Source of the DNA: Octopus bimaculoides
Lineage: Eukaryota
Direction of reading: 5' to 3'
Assembly (NCBI RefSeq): GCF_001194135.2
Contig: NC_068992.1
Coordinates: 4,299,035-4,363,034, forward strand
DNA length: 64,000 nucleotides
The position numbers and the translations under genes are program-made. The notes below the pieces were generated by a model. It was not told where the DNA came from and searched no databases. It saw only the letters and a program-made list of their open reading frames with translations. This document shows positions 1-13,536 of the stretch, piece by piece; the stretch's first letter is position 1; every line of letters starts with the position of its first letter.

Positions 1-484
1 ATTACTTCAGTGTAATTTCTCGTTTCTTCAAGATATATACTATGTATGAACATAACGTTGGGCGGTCTTGTATTGGACGTCTTTCATCATAAATAGGTTT
101 GATTAGCGATGGCCTGGAGCTAAGGAACTGCAACACCATTAACCATTAATATCAACACCAGAGATAACGTTAGAAATAGCTTACATCAGCACACACAAAT
201 ATCAGCAATAAGCTACCGCTGAGATCTTTAAAACATCACCAATAACATCAACATCCCCACCATCACGACAACCAATTACCATCAACAACACCAATAACAT
301 TATTATTAACACTATCATTAGCAGCGGCGCTAATGTTCATAACATTTCTGAAACTAAAGACATCTCCGTCTTTACGTCTTGAGTGCAAATGCCACCAAAA
401 CAGCTCTAACACTGAAACCAAAGTTACCACTATACCGCTAACAATACAACAGGGGTGGTAACACAGCTTTTACTAAAACATGAC

Positions 485-752
485 GAAGAGGTTAGAGCGT
501 GGGTCTCACAGTCATGAGTTCTACTCCCAGGGATCGGGCTGTTTATTGTGTTCTTGAGCCAAACGCTTTTCACGTTGCTCCATTTCTCTCAGAAATGAAT
601 GGCGACGTCGCTGGTGCCAAGCTGTATCGGCCCCTTTGCCTTTCCCTTGGATAACATCAGTGACATGGAGAAGGGAGACTGGAATGCATTGGTGACTATT
701 GGTCTTTTCCCGGATTTGTGCCACGGAGTGTAACTTTCTAGGTGCAATCCCA
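485..752 (+). mobile_element. tRNA-derived SINE, family C (degenerate copy)
   Basis: Head GGTTAGAGCGTGGGTCTCACAGTCATGAGTTCTACTCCC has A-box-like and B-box-like segments. It is followed by TGTGTTCTTGAGC...TTCACGTTGCTCCA and a body ending CTTTCTAGGTGCAATCCC, which matches an octopus interspersed repeat as I recall it. Only one copy is in the window. Confidence 0.6.
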
Positions 753-2202
753 ACCACTACCAAGATCACCACTACCACCAACAATATCACCGCCAATACC
801 ACCACGACAACCACGTCGTCGTCGACGACGACGACGACGACGACNNNNNNNNNNNNNNNNNNNNNNNNNNNNNNNNNNNNNNNNNNNNNNNNNNNNNNNN
901 NNNNNNNNNNNNNNNNNNNNNNNNNNNNNNNNNNNNNNNNNNNNNNNNNNNNNNNNNNNNNNNNNNNNNNNNNNNNNNNNNNNNNNNNNNNNNNNNNNNN
1001 NNNNNNNNNNNNNNNNNNNNNNNNNNNNNNNNNNNNNNNNNNNNNNNNNNNNNNNNNNNNNNNNNNNNNNNNNNNNNNNNNNNNNNNNNNNNNNNNNNNN
1101 NNNNNNNNNNNNNNNNNNNNNNNNNNNNNNNNNNNNNNNNNNNNNNNNNNNNNNNNNNNNNNNNNNNNNNNNNNNNNNNNNNNNNNNNNNNNNNNNNNNN
1201 NNNNNNNNNNNNNNNNNNNNNNNNNNNNNNNNNNNNNNNNNNNNNNNNNNNNNNNNNNNNNNNNNNNNNNNNNNNNNNNNNNNNNNNNNNNNNNNNNNNN
1301 NNNNNNNNNNNNNNNNNNNNNNNNNNNNNNNNNNNNNNNNNNNNNNNNNNNNNNNNNNNNNNNNNNNNNNNNNNNNNNNNNNNNNNNNNNNNNNNNNNNN
1401 NNNNNNNNNNNNNNNNNNNNNNNNNNNNNNNNNNNNNNNNNNNNNNNNNNNNNNNNNNNNNNNNNNNNNNNNNNNNNNNNNNNNNNNNNNNNNNNNNNNN
1501 NNNNNNNNNNNNNNNNNNNNNNNNNNNNNNNNNNNNNNNNNNNNNNNNNNNNNNNNNNNNNNNNNNNNNNNNNNNNNNNNNNNNNNNNNNNNNNNNNNNN
1601 NNNNNNNNNNNNNNNNNNNNNNNNNNNNNNNNNNNNNNNNNNNNNNNNNNNNNNNNNNNNNNNNNNNNNNNNNNNNNNNNNNNNNNNNNNNNNNNNNNNN
1701 NNNNNNNNNNNNNNNNNNNNNNNNNNNNNNNNNNNNNNNNNNNNNNNNNNNNNNNNNNNNNNNNNNNNNNNNNNNNNNNNNCACCACCGCCACCACCACC
1801 ACCTCAACCGCCACCGCCACCATGAACATCATGAATGTTATATTCTGAAGACGAACATGATAGATATTGTGAGTGGGTGAGAAAGAGCGTGAGTAATGGG
1901 TGACATTTGACCTGATGTCAAAGGTGAAAACATGTTAGAAATACCAGATCAATAATAAGTAATGGTGATTCATGACTACAGGCTAAAAGTACACACTCTG
2001 TCAATAATATCTTCATACCATACACACTGTGTGTGTGTGTGTGTGTGTGTGTATGAATGTATATATAACTTTCTGTGGATATATCGCTTTGCGTTTATAT
2101 ATGTAGATATGTATATATATATATATATATATACATATCCAGACACATTGACATGCTTATTCCCCTCATATACATACATACATGTATGTATCTGCATAAG
2201 TA

Positions 2203-2254
<52 letters not shown>

Positions 2255-2453
2255 GATCTATCTATCTATCTATCTATCTATCTGTCTGTCTGTCTGTCTG
2301 TCTGTATGTATGTATATATATCTATACTCATATGTATTTATTATTTATACATATGATGTTAAAACGGCAGCTCTGAGCTGAAACTAGAGGGAAAAAAATA
2401 TGTAAGTATATATNNNNNNNNNNNNNNNNNNNNNNNNNNNNNNNNNNNNNNNN

Positions 2454-2521
<68 letters not shown>

Positions 2522-3235
2522 CATGTATATATGTATTCTTCCAAACATACACGCAAGGACGCATTACTCTGTTAGGTTGTTATAAGGTCTGTTTATTGAC
2601 ACCCAGTTATATCTAATGTAATGGAGAATGCATTCATGTATGCGAATCTCTCCCCCTCTCCCTCCTTCTATCCCCCCTCTCTCTCTCTTTCTCTCTATCA
2701 CACTCCCTGTATGCCCCTAAATATATGTTCTATATACATGTGCTTGTGTATATGCTCATTGAACCACAAAACCACAAGGAAGTATTAAAGAAGTATCTTT
2801 TCAAGAACACTTTAGAAAAGCTGACATCTATACATAACGTTGCATAAAACTACAAACAAAATAATCCTGAGATAGATGGAATTTAATATGTACCATTACA
2901 TGTGTGTGTGTGTATTCTCTATAAATCTTATGATATATATATATATATATATATATATAAGTCGAGTGTAAAATGATGTCTTGGTGTTTAACCCTAAAAC
3001 CTTCCTTTATATATTTCTAACGATGTCCATCCAGTTTTTCCGGGTTTCTCTTACAAATATTGGGTATGATTTTAAGGTGTTTTGCACGTAATTTCTATCA
3101 GGGCAACAATCACTTGCAGTGACCCTCCTTTCACATTATCTTAGTCTAGAGAATCTATTATAATAGCTTACAAAGATGTGTGGAACTGGAAGGGAGAGAG
3201 TATCTCCATAATACAGGGATCAGGAAGAAGAATTT

Positions 3236-3314
<79 letters not shown>

Positions 3315-3524
3315 ATATGTAGGTATGTATAATGTTGTCAAGTATGAAATTTGTAGTAAAGTATACGGTAAACTTTGACAGCAGCTCATTTTGCGGCATT
3401 ATTATATTTTGACAATCTTTTTTGTTTGTTAGAAAGCTGACACATCTATTTCTTTATCGTAACTCATTTTGCGCTTGATAAATTATTTATAAATTGTTTT
3501 TTTGCTAATTTTGTTTAGAGATGG

Positions 3525-3650
3525 ATAAGTCGGGAAATTCGTACAGTTTTGAAATATGAGTTCTTTCTTGGAAATGACGAACTGAAAGCCACCGTCGAGT
3601 CAGATCCATCTCAATGTACCCACGAATTATTGTTGTTGTTTGGTGTCTTT
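3525..3650 (+). mobile_element. mariner remnant: TIR-like segment plus HTH fragment
   Basis: Translation NDELKATVESDPSQCTHELLLLFGV resembles the mariner second HTH (DDELKAIVEADPxQTTRELA..GV). Upstream TCGGGAAATTCGTACAGTTTT resembles the TIR at 48067. Confidence 0.5.
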
Positions 3651-4496
3651 CTCTCCCTCTCTTCCTCTCTCATTTTCCTCCTTCTCCCCTTGTCCCATTC
3701 TCTCTCTTTTCACTTTCTCTGTTTCTCTCTCTCATTTTCATTCTCTTACTCTCACTATATCTTTCTCAATCGCTGTCTCAGTCTCTCCCACTCTCTTACT
3801 TTCTCTATTTTTATCACCCTGCCTCTTTCTGTTTCTCATTTCATCTCCCTCTCTCTCCCCAATTACTTATTTCTATTCGTCTCTCTTTCCCCTTTTTCTC
3901 TCTCCCACTTTCCCTCTTTCTATCCTCCTCTCTCCGCCTGATTCACAGAAATGTATTATGATCCTGGACTTTCATCTAAAAACCGTAAAAGGCTTTGTTA
4001 GATTCTCTTCAATATTTGAACAATGAGAATAAAAACAAAGCTCTTAGGCACAATTTCATTTCAAAGTGATACCCAATCTACTTAACAGCACTTCTGCAAG
4101 GAATCGATGGTTCAAGCTTATATTTTGTTTACTGTATTTCAAAGTTAGTATTGAGAAAAAGGATAGCTGTCATATCACAGAAGAATAATACAGCCGCAGG
4201 TTATGTATTACTACATGAAAACGATGGGATATAAGTGTATAAATAAGGCGAGATAAGATATAGAGAGACATATAATTTTAGGGGAGAATGAATCGATACA
4301 ACTCAAGGAAAATAGAAATGATGGATGTGACGATAAAGGGAGGAAAAAGCCTTGAAAGTAGAAGGGGATCTTAGGAGAAGTTAGGTAATTTCAATAAAGG
4401 AGTATATTTAGGGAGCACGGCTGAACTAAGTGGAAGTCTGTTAACGGGTATAAAGAAAAGAAAAATGAAGCAATAGTAAATAAAATGTTATAATCT

Positions 4497-4592
4497 TTCG
4501 ATAAATTAAGTACCAGTTTCATACTGGGTCGATCTAATCGACTGGCTCCCTCCTCCAAAATTTCGGGCCTTGTGCTTAGAGCAGAAAAGATT
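4497..4592 (+). mobile_element. SINE family A, 3' half (tail type 1)
   Basis: TCGATAAATTAAGTACCAG...GGGTCGATCTAATCGACTGG...GGCCTTGTGCTTAGAGCAGAAAAGA; near-identical to the 3' half of the copy at 40232-40421. Confidence 0.85.
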
Positions 4593-5807
4593 ATAGTTGA
4601 TTTATTCGAAATTTTACAACTTAAAGGTAGAAATATAGACGTCTCTAAAGTGAGAAAGGGCTGTAATCAACACCATGGCTATTGAGTTGTTTTGACTCTT
4701 ATTTCTAGTAATACTGGTGCTGATTAGATATCAAATATAGATATTTACTTATGCGTACAATTTAAAAGTGGGCTGCAAAGTACGACACGTTACCAAATAA
4801 TCTGGACGCGTTAAACTGGTTCATACTCTACGCCTATATTCCATATGGTGTGAAGACTACCATCAAATAACGGGACAAGCTAGCATGCGGAGTTCGGGCC
4901 ACGTAGGAATGAGAAATACCGAAAACAGAGAAAATATAATTGGTATTTTAAAACTTTATGTAACGTACGTGTATTTCCGCAAACCAGTTGATACGTTTGC
5001 TCTGTATTACAACTAAAAATAATAAGTGGTGTGCGCTGGAAGTCTTTATATAGTCTATTTATGAACATTATTCAATAAGCAAGGTGATATACGAGAACAG
5101 AAGGTGAAAGAAGGTGAGATAGTAGAATAATGTTAAGAGGAGAAGAGTGAGAAGAGAGAAGAGATCAGATGGGAACGTGCATTCACGCACATTTAGGTAT
5201 ATCCAGATGCACTCATACACGTATAAACATGTACGTGGCTGGGAAAAGTGGAGATGGTGAGGTTGAGGAGCCTAGGTTTATAGTAATAGCGATCGCAGTC
5301 ATTTATATAAGAAGGTATAAAAGTAAAACTTATTAGTTTTGACGTTATGGTATTTTGGCCCGATTAGTTCCCATTTGGCAAACACGCAATTTAGCTGCTG
5401 CCTAAAGAGACACGTCTACAAGTCAAGGTCACTCTTAGGGTCGCTAGCACCGTGAGTGTGAGTGAATGTGTCTGTCTGTCTATCTATCTGTCTATCTATC
5501 CATCTATCTTTAAACACACACACACACACATACACAGAGTTTACTGTCCCGTTAACGTCAGATCAACAAAAAAATACTCTATCCACTCAGACAGATATTA
5601 TTTAATGTACAGGGTATAGCGATAATATCTATTAATCTACTAATAGTTTCTTGCTGTGAAGACGCGTGTCTAGGCAAATTTTTATAATGTATCTTGTGCC
5701 TCCAAGCAATCTACTGGTTCTAGAGCGGACCGTGTGCTCAGAGCCCAAATATTACTTGGTGACACAAGCCGTGCTATAAAAACCTGTCTATCATGTATAT
5801 ATAATAC

Positions 5808-5935
5808 AAACAAATGTATTAGTTTAATGCTCGGGAAGTGAGAAAGTATTTTACGCTTCGAGCCTACGCTCTTCGATAGAAAGGAACACAGAAATAAACA
5901 GAGAGAGAAAACAGAGAAAGTTTTAATGATATATA
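5808..5935 (-). repeat. Penelope-like terminal-repeat-type fragment with a degenerate hammerhead-like motif
   Basis: Minus strand CTATCGAA-GAGC-GTAG-GCTC-GAAGCG: perfect 4-bp stem between degenerate CUGANGA-like and GAAAC-like segments. Confidence 0.35.
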
Positions 5936-6816
5936 NNNNNNNNNNNNNNNNNNNNNNNNNNNNNNNNNNNNNNNNNNNNNNNNNNNNNNNNNNNNNNNNN
6001 NNNNNNNNNNNNNNNNNNNNNNNNNNNNNNNNNNNNNNNNNNNNNNNNNNNNNNNNNNNNNNNNNNNNNNNNNNNNNNNNNNNNNNNNNNNNNNNNNNNN
6101 NNNNNNNNNNNNNNNNNNNNNNNNNNNNNNNNNNNNNNNNNNNNNNNNNNNNNNNNNNNNNNNNNNNNNNNNNNNNNNNNNNNNNNNNNNNNNNNNNNNN
6201 NNNNNNNNNNNNNNNNNNNNNNNNNNNNNNNNNNNNNNNNNNNNNNNNNNNNNNNNNNNNNNNNNNNNNNNNNNNNNNNNNNNNNNNNNNNNNNNNNNNN
6301 NNNNNNNNNNNNNNNNNNNNNNNNNNNNNNNNNNNNNNNNNNNNNNNNNNNNNNNNNNNNNNNNNNNNNNNNNNNNNNNNNNNNNNGACGAAATAGAAGG
6401 GGATATGGCCTAACAGCCCTTACCGTTTGTTCTCACTGTCCCGTCTTGTTTTTACTGTCTTGTTCTCACTGTCCTGTTCTTGTTTACACTTTCACCCTCC
6501 GCCAAAATGTCCAAGTTTTAATTAATTTGCTTGCGGGAAGGACTCCTCCAACGAAGTCGCGTATTGTCTTTGCCTTCGAAACGCACAGTGCATGGAGCAG
6601 GGACAACTGAAGAAGGGAAATATTCTGTATGTTGCTTGTCTCGTTTCTCTGTTTGTTTTTTTCGTTGTTCGAAAAAAAAAGTTCGTTTTCTGTTTTCGTC
6701 TTTATGTTTTCGTTTCTCATTGTGTTCAACGTTTTTTGTGATGTCCTGTACCCATATATGCTTGTACGCATACATATAGATGTCGGTATGTACATATATG
6801 TATGGATATATGCATA

Positions 6817-6848
<32 letters not shown>

Positions 6849-6880
6849 CTAAAAATAATAATAATAATAAAACAAATAGT

Positions 6881-6970
6881 GAGGTCAATTCATTCGACTA
6901 AGAATTCTTGAAGCCAGTGTCCCAGAATGGCTGCAGTTTCATGATTGAAACAAGTAAAAGATAAAAGATA
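6881..6970 (+). mobile_element. SINE family B 3' tail
   Basis: GGTCAATTCATTCGACT...CCAGTGTCCCAGAATGGCTGCAGTTTCATGATTGAAACAAGTAAAAGA; homologous to the tails at 56940-57004 and 62870-62915. Confidence 0.7.
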
Positions 6971-7455
6971 TGAATGTATGTATATTTTGTGTGGTGTTTG
7001 AGTATTTTATTTTGTTTTCGGTTATTCTTAGCTAACTTCACTAGACTGATTATCTTTTAATTAAATATCGATAATTAGTTCTGCAGACAAGTTTCAAATC
7101 ATAAAAGTGTTCTGAAGTAATTCAATAAATAAACAGAGATAACATTCAAATGTTTCGAAAATACGACATGATAATGCCACCAATAATATGAATATTTAAT
7201 TATTCATTATCTACAAATGCGGGGCTAAAATTTATTCATTTATTTAGTTATTTTCTGATGGAACACCAACAACAACAACAATAATAATAGATATAACATG
7301 CTCAGCTGACAACAAGGTATGCAATAAGGAAAAAAAGAAAAGTCGATAGATATGACAGGTTAGCTTGGGAGGTTAAGTAATAGTGGTCGACGAAAAAGGT
7401 GGTAGTAGTACCATGATAAAAACTGGTGGGAGCACAAAGCACCGATCGCATCTCA

Positions 7456-7660
7456 CTCCTCTGGAACTTCACCATTCAAACTGACAAAAATCGTGCCTCC
7501 TCATTGATATGACTGTCCCAATCGATATAAACGTATCTGTGAAGACCTACCAAAAACTGAAATTAGCAAAATGTGGAACCTGAAAACAAAAAGAATACCT
7601 GTTGTCATAGGTGCCCAGGAATGATAGCAAAAGGAGCTGATTGCTACTTAGCTCAGATAC
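7456..7660 (+). mobile_element. R4/Dong-like LINE remnant, restriction-like endonuclease region (frameshifted)
   Basis: Pieces LLWNFTIQTDK / CLLIDMTVPIDINVSVKTYQKL / EISKMWNLKTKRIPVVIGA / GMIAKGADCYLAQI match the PD-(D/E)xK RLE C-terminus of R2/R4-group LINEs. Internal deletions are present. Confidence 0.8.
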
Positions 7661-8392
7661 GGAAATAGATGGTTAAGCTCAATTGAACTGAAACACAGAA
7701 CATAAAAAAAAATATATCGTAAAACTACAATTACAATATTACATGAATATAATATGTAGCGTGATTTTGGGTGCTAAATCGCCTTAAATTCACATTATAT
7801 GAATTATAATAGGCAGTGTTTTAGTGATGTATCAGCAAAAATAAACATGGCGATTGTGCGCGAGTAAACAGTTTTAGTAGTGATGTGGGTGGGTGTGTAT
7901 ATTTATATATATGTGTGTGTGTGTGCGTACTTGTGCGCGTATGCAAGTCTGCATGTATAAGGCTAGCGTTAGAAGAAAAGTATTACCAGCACTGTATGTA
8001 TGTATGTATATGTGTGTGTGTTTGTATTTATGAATACATGCATATATACATACATTCATACATAAATATATATCCATATATATATATATATATATATATA
8101 NNNNNNNNNNNNNNNNNNNNNNNNNNNNNNNNNNNNNNNNNNNNNNNNNNNNNNNNNNNNNNNNNNNNNNNNNNNNNNNNNNNNNNNNNNNNNNNNNNNN
8201 NNNNNNNNNNNNNNNNNNNNNNNNNNNNNNNNNNNNNNNNNNNNNNNNNNNNNNNNNNNNNNNNNNNNNNNNNNNNNNNNNNNNNNNNNNNNNNNNNNNN
8301 NNNNNNNNNNNNNNNNNNNNNNNNNNNNNNNNNNNNNNNNNNNNNNNNNNNNNNNNNNNNNNNNNNNNNNNNNNNNNNNNNNNNNNNNNNNN

Positions 8393-8491
<99 letters not shown>

Positions 8492-8675
8492 CACGTATAT
8501 AAATAGATAATGTATCACAATTCAATGTTATTAGCTTTCAGTATTTCATATATCTAAAATAAATTTATATTTATACAAATAGACTTTATTATCTTTAAAA
8601 TTATCGATAAATTATCACACCTAAATAATGATAGATGACTGCAAAACTTAATTTTCTGGAACGGTTAAAGTTGGC

Positions 8676-9080
8676 ATCTATTATTCATCTGATAAATTAG
8701 AGATGCTTAAATGTTATGCTGAAGATAGCAACGAAACAGCTGCACGGAACTTCGGAATGAACCAATGTAACATGAAAAACATAAAATTGAGCTCAAATTT
8801 TATTTGAATTGCTGCGAAACCTTACCACTGATGCGAGACCCTACAAAAGCAGTCGAAAGGAGAAGAATATGTTTCTCAATAAAGGAAGAGCTGGTATTGA
8901 AATTCTTAAGAGAAAAATTCGTAAGAGTATTGCTGTATCAATCATGGGCATTAAAATCCAAACGAGAGTTCTTTATAAAGAAATCCAATTGGCTGAAGAA
9001 ACAATAAAGGAATTCAAAGCAACAAACGTATAATGCTTAATTCTTAGAAATCAACATCGGCTTAGCAGCGATTGACTACT
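8676..9080 (+). mobile_element. pogo-family transposase remnant (Brinker-type DBD plus CENP-B/Tc5 HTH)
   Basis: YYSSDKLEMLKCYAEDSNETAARNFGMNQCNMKN, then after frameshifts IKEELVLKFLREK / RKSIAVSIMGIKIQTRVLYK...EFKATN..LRNQHRLS. The pattern is typical of POGK/Tigger N-termini. Confidence 0.65.
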
Positions 9081-9140
9081 TCCGGAATATTGATCAGACA
9101 CTTCCGGAATATTGATTTCTAATTTTGACTCATGGTCAGT

Positions 9141-9326
9141 AATTTTGAGGATGGCGCAAGTTGATTGCACCGAATCCAGTGTTCAACTGGTACTTATTTT
9201 ATCGATACCGAAAGGATGAAAGGCAAAGTCGACCTCGGCAGAATTTGAACTCAGAACGTAAAGATGGACAATATGCCGCAAAGCGTTTTAACCTGCGTGC
9301 TAACAGTTCTGCCAGCTTCCCGCCTT
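9141..9326 (-). mobile_element. SINE family A copy
   Basis: Reverse complement has head GGCGGGAAGCTGGCAGAACTGTTAGC, B-box GAGTTCAAATTC and core GCCTTTCATCCTTTCGGTATCGATAAAATAAGTACCAG. Confidence 0.85.
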
Positions 9327-11019
9327 TCACTCCATATTGATACTGCATTAAATTTAGGCACAACAGCAAACATTTTAAAATGGGGGAACCAGACGATTAC
9401 GTCGTTCCCAGTACTNNNNNNNNNNNNNNNNNNNNNNNNNNNNNNNNNNNNNNNNNNNNNNNNNNNNNNNNNNNNNNNNNNNNNNNNNNNNNNNNNNNNN
9501 NNNNNNNNNNNNNNNNNNNNNNNNNNNNNNNNNNNNNNNNNNNNNNNNNNNNNNNNNNNNNNNNNNNNNNNNNNNNNNNNNNNNNNNNNNNNNNNNNNNN
9601 NNNNNNNNNNNNNNNNNNNNNNNNNNNNNNNNNNNNNNNNNNNNNNNNNNNNNNNNNNNNNNNNNNNNNNNNNNNNNNNNNNNNNNNNNNNNNNNNNNNN
9701 NNNNNNNNNNNNNNNNNNNNNNNNNNNNNNNNNNNNNNNNNNNNNNNNNNNNNNNNNNNNNNNNNNNNNNNNNNNNNNNNNNNNNNNNNNNNNNNNNNNN
9801 NNNNNNNNNNNNNNNNNNNNNNNNNNNNNNNNNNNNNNNNNNNNNNNNNNNNNNNNNNNNNNNNNNNNNNNNNNNNNNNNNNNNNNNNNNNNNNNNNNNN
9901 NNNNNNNNNNNNNNNNNNNNNNNNNNNNNNNNNNNNNNNNNNNNNNNNNNNNNNNNNNNNNNNNNNNNNNNNNNNNNNNNNNNNNNNNNNNNNNNNNNNN
10001 NNNNNNNNNNNNNNNNNNNNNNNNNNNNNNNNNNNNNNNNNNNNNNNNNNNNNNNNNNNNNNNNNNNNNNNNNNNNNNNNNNNNNNNNNNNNNNNNNNNN
10101 NNNNNNNNNNNNNNNNNNNNNNNNNNNNNNNNNNNNNNNNNNNNNNNNNNNNNNNNNNNNNNNNNNNNNNNNNNNNNNNNNNNNNNNNNNNNNNNNNNNN
10201 NNNNNNNNNNNNNNNNNNNNNNNNNNNNNNNNNNNNNNNNNNNNNNNNNNNNNNNNNNNNNNNNNNNNNNNNNNNNNNNNNTATATATATATATATATAT
10301 ACTATAATCTGGGTAATGCATTTCAAAGCTCATTTACGGTTATCGGCTACCATATGCTGTGTTCCCAAAACCACTAACATGATAACGTTCAAGTTCACAG
10401 ATACCGGTTTATCGTATTTATGTGATATTATTTATATAGCAATATGTACAATATGTGAAAAACTGAGCAACTAAAGCACAGAAACAATTGTTGTGATTTG
10501 AATTCAAGCCTGTTCATTCCGTCTTCTTGTGCTATATATATATATTTCATCTATGCATGGCTGCATATATGCGCGTGCGTGTGTGTATATATGTATGGAT
10601 GTATGTACGTGTGCGTGCGTGTTTTTATCATGAACTCGAACACAACAATCAACCACAACAGTATGAAGAAGAAGATAAAGAAATCCACTTCAAATAAAAA
10701 TATAATTTGCTTCCCTGATGTAAATGTTGAATAAAATGTCTTTGATCTAAGTTCTTAGTTCTATGAGGATTGACTTGAGTGTAAACAGCCACAACAACGC
10801 AGTTAACAAGAACAATATAAACACTACACCGCCAACGATACACCACCGGTGTGACTATCACTGAAAGCAATGCAACCCACACCATCAGCGCCATCAAGCC
10901 ATTGACTTTTAATTTCAACTCACTACAACGGATATCAGTAGGTACGCCAACACAAGTGTATGCATGACTATGTGTATCTGTATGTGTATGAGTGTATGTT
11001 AGGCTGTGTGTGTGTGTGA

Positions 11020-11069
<50 letters not shown>

Positions 11070-11563
11070 TTATGTCTTAAGTCAGAAGTGCAAGGGATGA
11101 ACTGCCTATAAAATCGCGTGACCCTTTTGGCTAACTGTAATCATACAGTAATTTCTCGTTGTCAGTCCTTCAGCTTTTCATCTCATTTTTCATTATTACA
11201 CTCTTAGGAATAACTCAGTTTTCTGTTCTCACAAATCAAATCTTTCCTGGGCCAGTTTCTAATCTACACGTTTGTTGTGGATAATTAATAACCACTGGTG
11301 GATTTGCCTTCAATTTAGTATGCCTGTTGAATTATTCTACAACAACTGGTGTAATTATGGTTTTTGGCGATCAAAACGGACGAAAACTATAATTTTGTTT
11401 CTTTTCTTTTTCCGTTTTTATTCACCTCTCCACTTTTTGCATCACCCTTCTTGATTTTTTTTCTTCTCGTGATTTCTCATGTATCAGCGTCCTGATTTTC
11501 AATCAGACCATGTACTGAGAGGCCGAAAACCGCTTTGAGAGACAAGGCGTGTCTCATAAAATC

Positions 11564-11658
<95 letters not shown>

Positions 11659-12173
11659 TGTATATATATGTACATTATGTACATTATTTACATTATTTAT
11701 ATTATTTACAAGAGGAGGACAAATATCCGTCAAATGTAAATAATGTAAATAATGAACAAACTATTTGTTCAACCGATTTGTTTAATCAATAAATGTTTTT
11801 TCTAGTTGTGGTAATAAACATTCGAAGCAGTAGTTTCGTACAATAAGGGCTGAAGAGTAGCCTCCCTTGCAAATTTCTAACTTTACATATTCTACAATTA
11901 TATTTACGTGAACTTTTACGCATTTTATTTATGAGTTCTTGAATAAAATGACCTGTCTATAATTACATAAATCAAAAACCTAAATTCAATTTCATTGAGT
12001 GTCTATGATGATATTATTAATTAATATCATATGATTAAAAAATACAGAAATAATGTCAAAGCTTCTAGTTTCCTTTTACGTAATAAATTCATGAGTAATT
12101 TCCCTTAGATTAAAAAAACCTTGTTTGTCACCATGCGATATGAACAATGTTACCACATGAACAATGTTGCCAC

Positions 12174-12463
12174 ATGACAGAAATGTTAGCGCGCCTCATA
12201 AAATGCTCTGTTATATTTGTTGCCGTTACTTACATTCTGAGTTCAAATCCCGCCCAAGTCCTCTTCACTTCCCATCTTTCTGAGATTGATAAATCAAAGT
12301 ACAAATGAAGTAGAACAATCACTGTAATTGATTAACCGTCTCCCATAAAATTGCTGGCCTTGTGTCAAAATTTGAAAGGAAGCGTCGACTTAGGAGGATC
12401 AATAATCGACTGGCATTGGCCACTTAAATTTCGGGACTTGTGTCTAGAGTGGAAAAGAATATT
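12174..12463 (+). mobile_element. SINE family A, degenerate, with two tandem tails (type 2 then type 1)
   Basis: B-box CTGAGTTCAAATCCCGCC; tail GGCCTTGTGTCAAAATTTGAAA; then a second tail GGGACTTGTGTCTAGAGTGGAAAAGAAT. Confidence 0.7.
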
Positions 12464-12671
12464 CACCACTTCCTCTGCAGAAGAATTAGATGTCACACAA
12501 AAGGGTCCCGTTCATTGCCCTTCCCTATATCATTAAACGATGGCAAGATCATTAAATGAAACTCCATCCACCCATTCATCTACCCGTCCGTCCGTCTATC
12601 CACCCATTCATCTATCCATCCATTCATCTATCCATCCAGTGATCCAGCCAGCCGTCCGTGTCCGTACATAC

Positions 12672-12920
12672 GTATATATGTATATATATTATATGCATAT
12701 GCATTCTCATAAACATTCACACACACACATACACATAGACACGAACAGACAGAAATACGAATTCTTACCGAAAACTCTGATGAGCATCATGGGAATTATA
12801 ATCATTTAATCAAAAGAATATGCGTAAGTCATATTTNNNNNNNNNNNNNNNNNNNNNNNNNNNNNNNNNNNNNNNNNNNNNNNNNNNNNNNNNNNNNNNN
12901 NNNNNNNNNNNNNNNNNNNN

Positions 12921-12962
<42 letters not shown>

Positions 12963-13167
12963 GTATGCACGGACATATATACATGGACATATAAGCGTGT
13001 GTGTATATATGTATATATATTATATGCATATGCATTCTCATAAACATTCACACACACACATACACATAGACACGAACAGACAGAAATACGAATTCTTACC
13101 GAAAACTCTGATGAGCATCATGGGAATTATAATCATTTAATCAAAAGAATATGCGTAAGTCATATTT
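12672..13167. repeat. Exact 165-bp duplication flanking an N-gap (12672-12836 = 13003-13167); probable assembly artefact
   Basis: Identical unique sequence lies on both sides of the gap; the first copy ends at the gap edge. Confidence 0.8.
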
Positions 13168-13497
13168 GTATCTCTGTATTATATTCAATTATATTTAATT
13201 ATTTAGTTTTTAGAATTAATCAATCGATAATATCATTTTCTTATTGGCTTTTGACTGGTTCCAATGTGATAAATCAATATAATAATTTTTGTTTCCTTTA
13301 TAAACTGTAAAATATTTCCAGTTCCAATTGTAAAGCATCTGCTGTTCTTCAATAAACGCGTATATTTTGGTAAAATATTATTCTAAATCTGCATTTCTAA
13401 CTCCCAGCATACATTTTGGCGTTTTATAAACGAACCCGACATAATCCGGAATTATATACAAAGATCTATTCATCCATCCATCCATCCATCCATAGAT

Positions 13498-13536
<39 letters not shown>

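Noticed and set aside
12672-13167. 165-bp exact direct repeat as a real duplication or LTR pair
   Set aside because: Perfect identity on either side of a small gap points to unmerged overlapping contigs.
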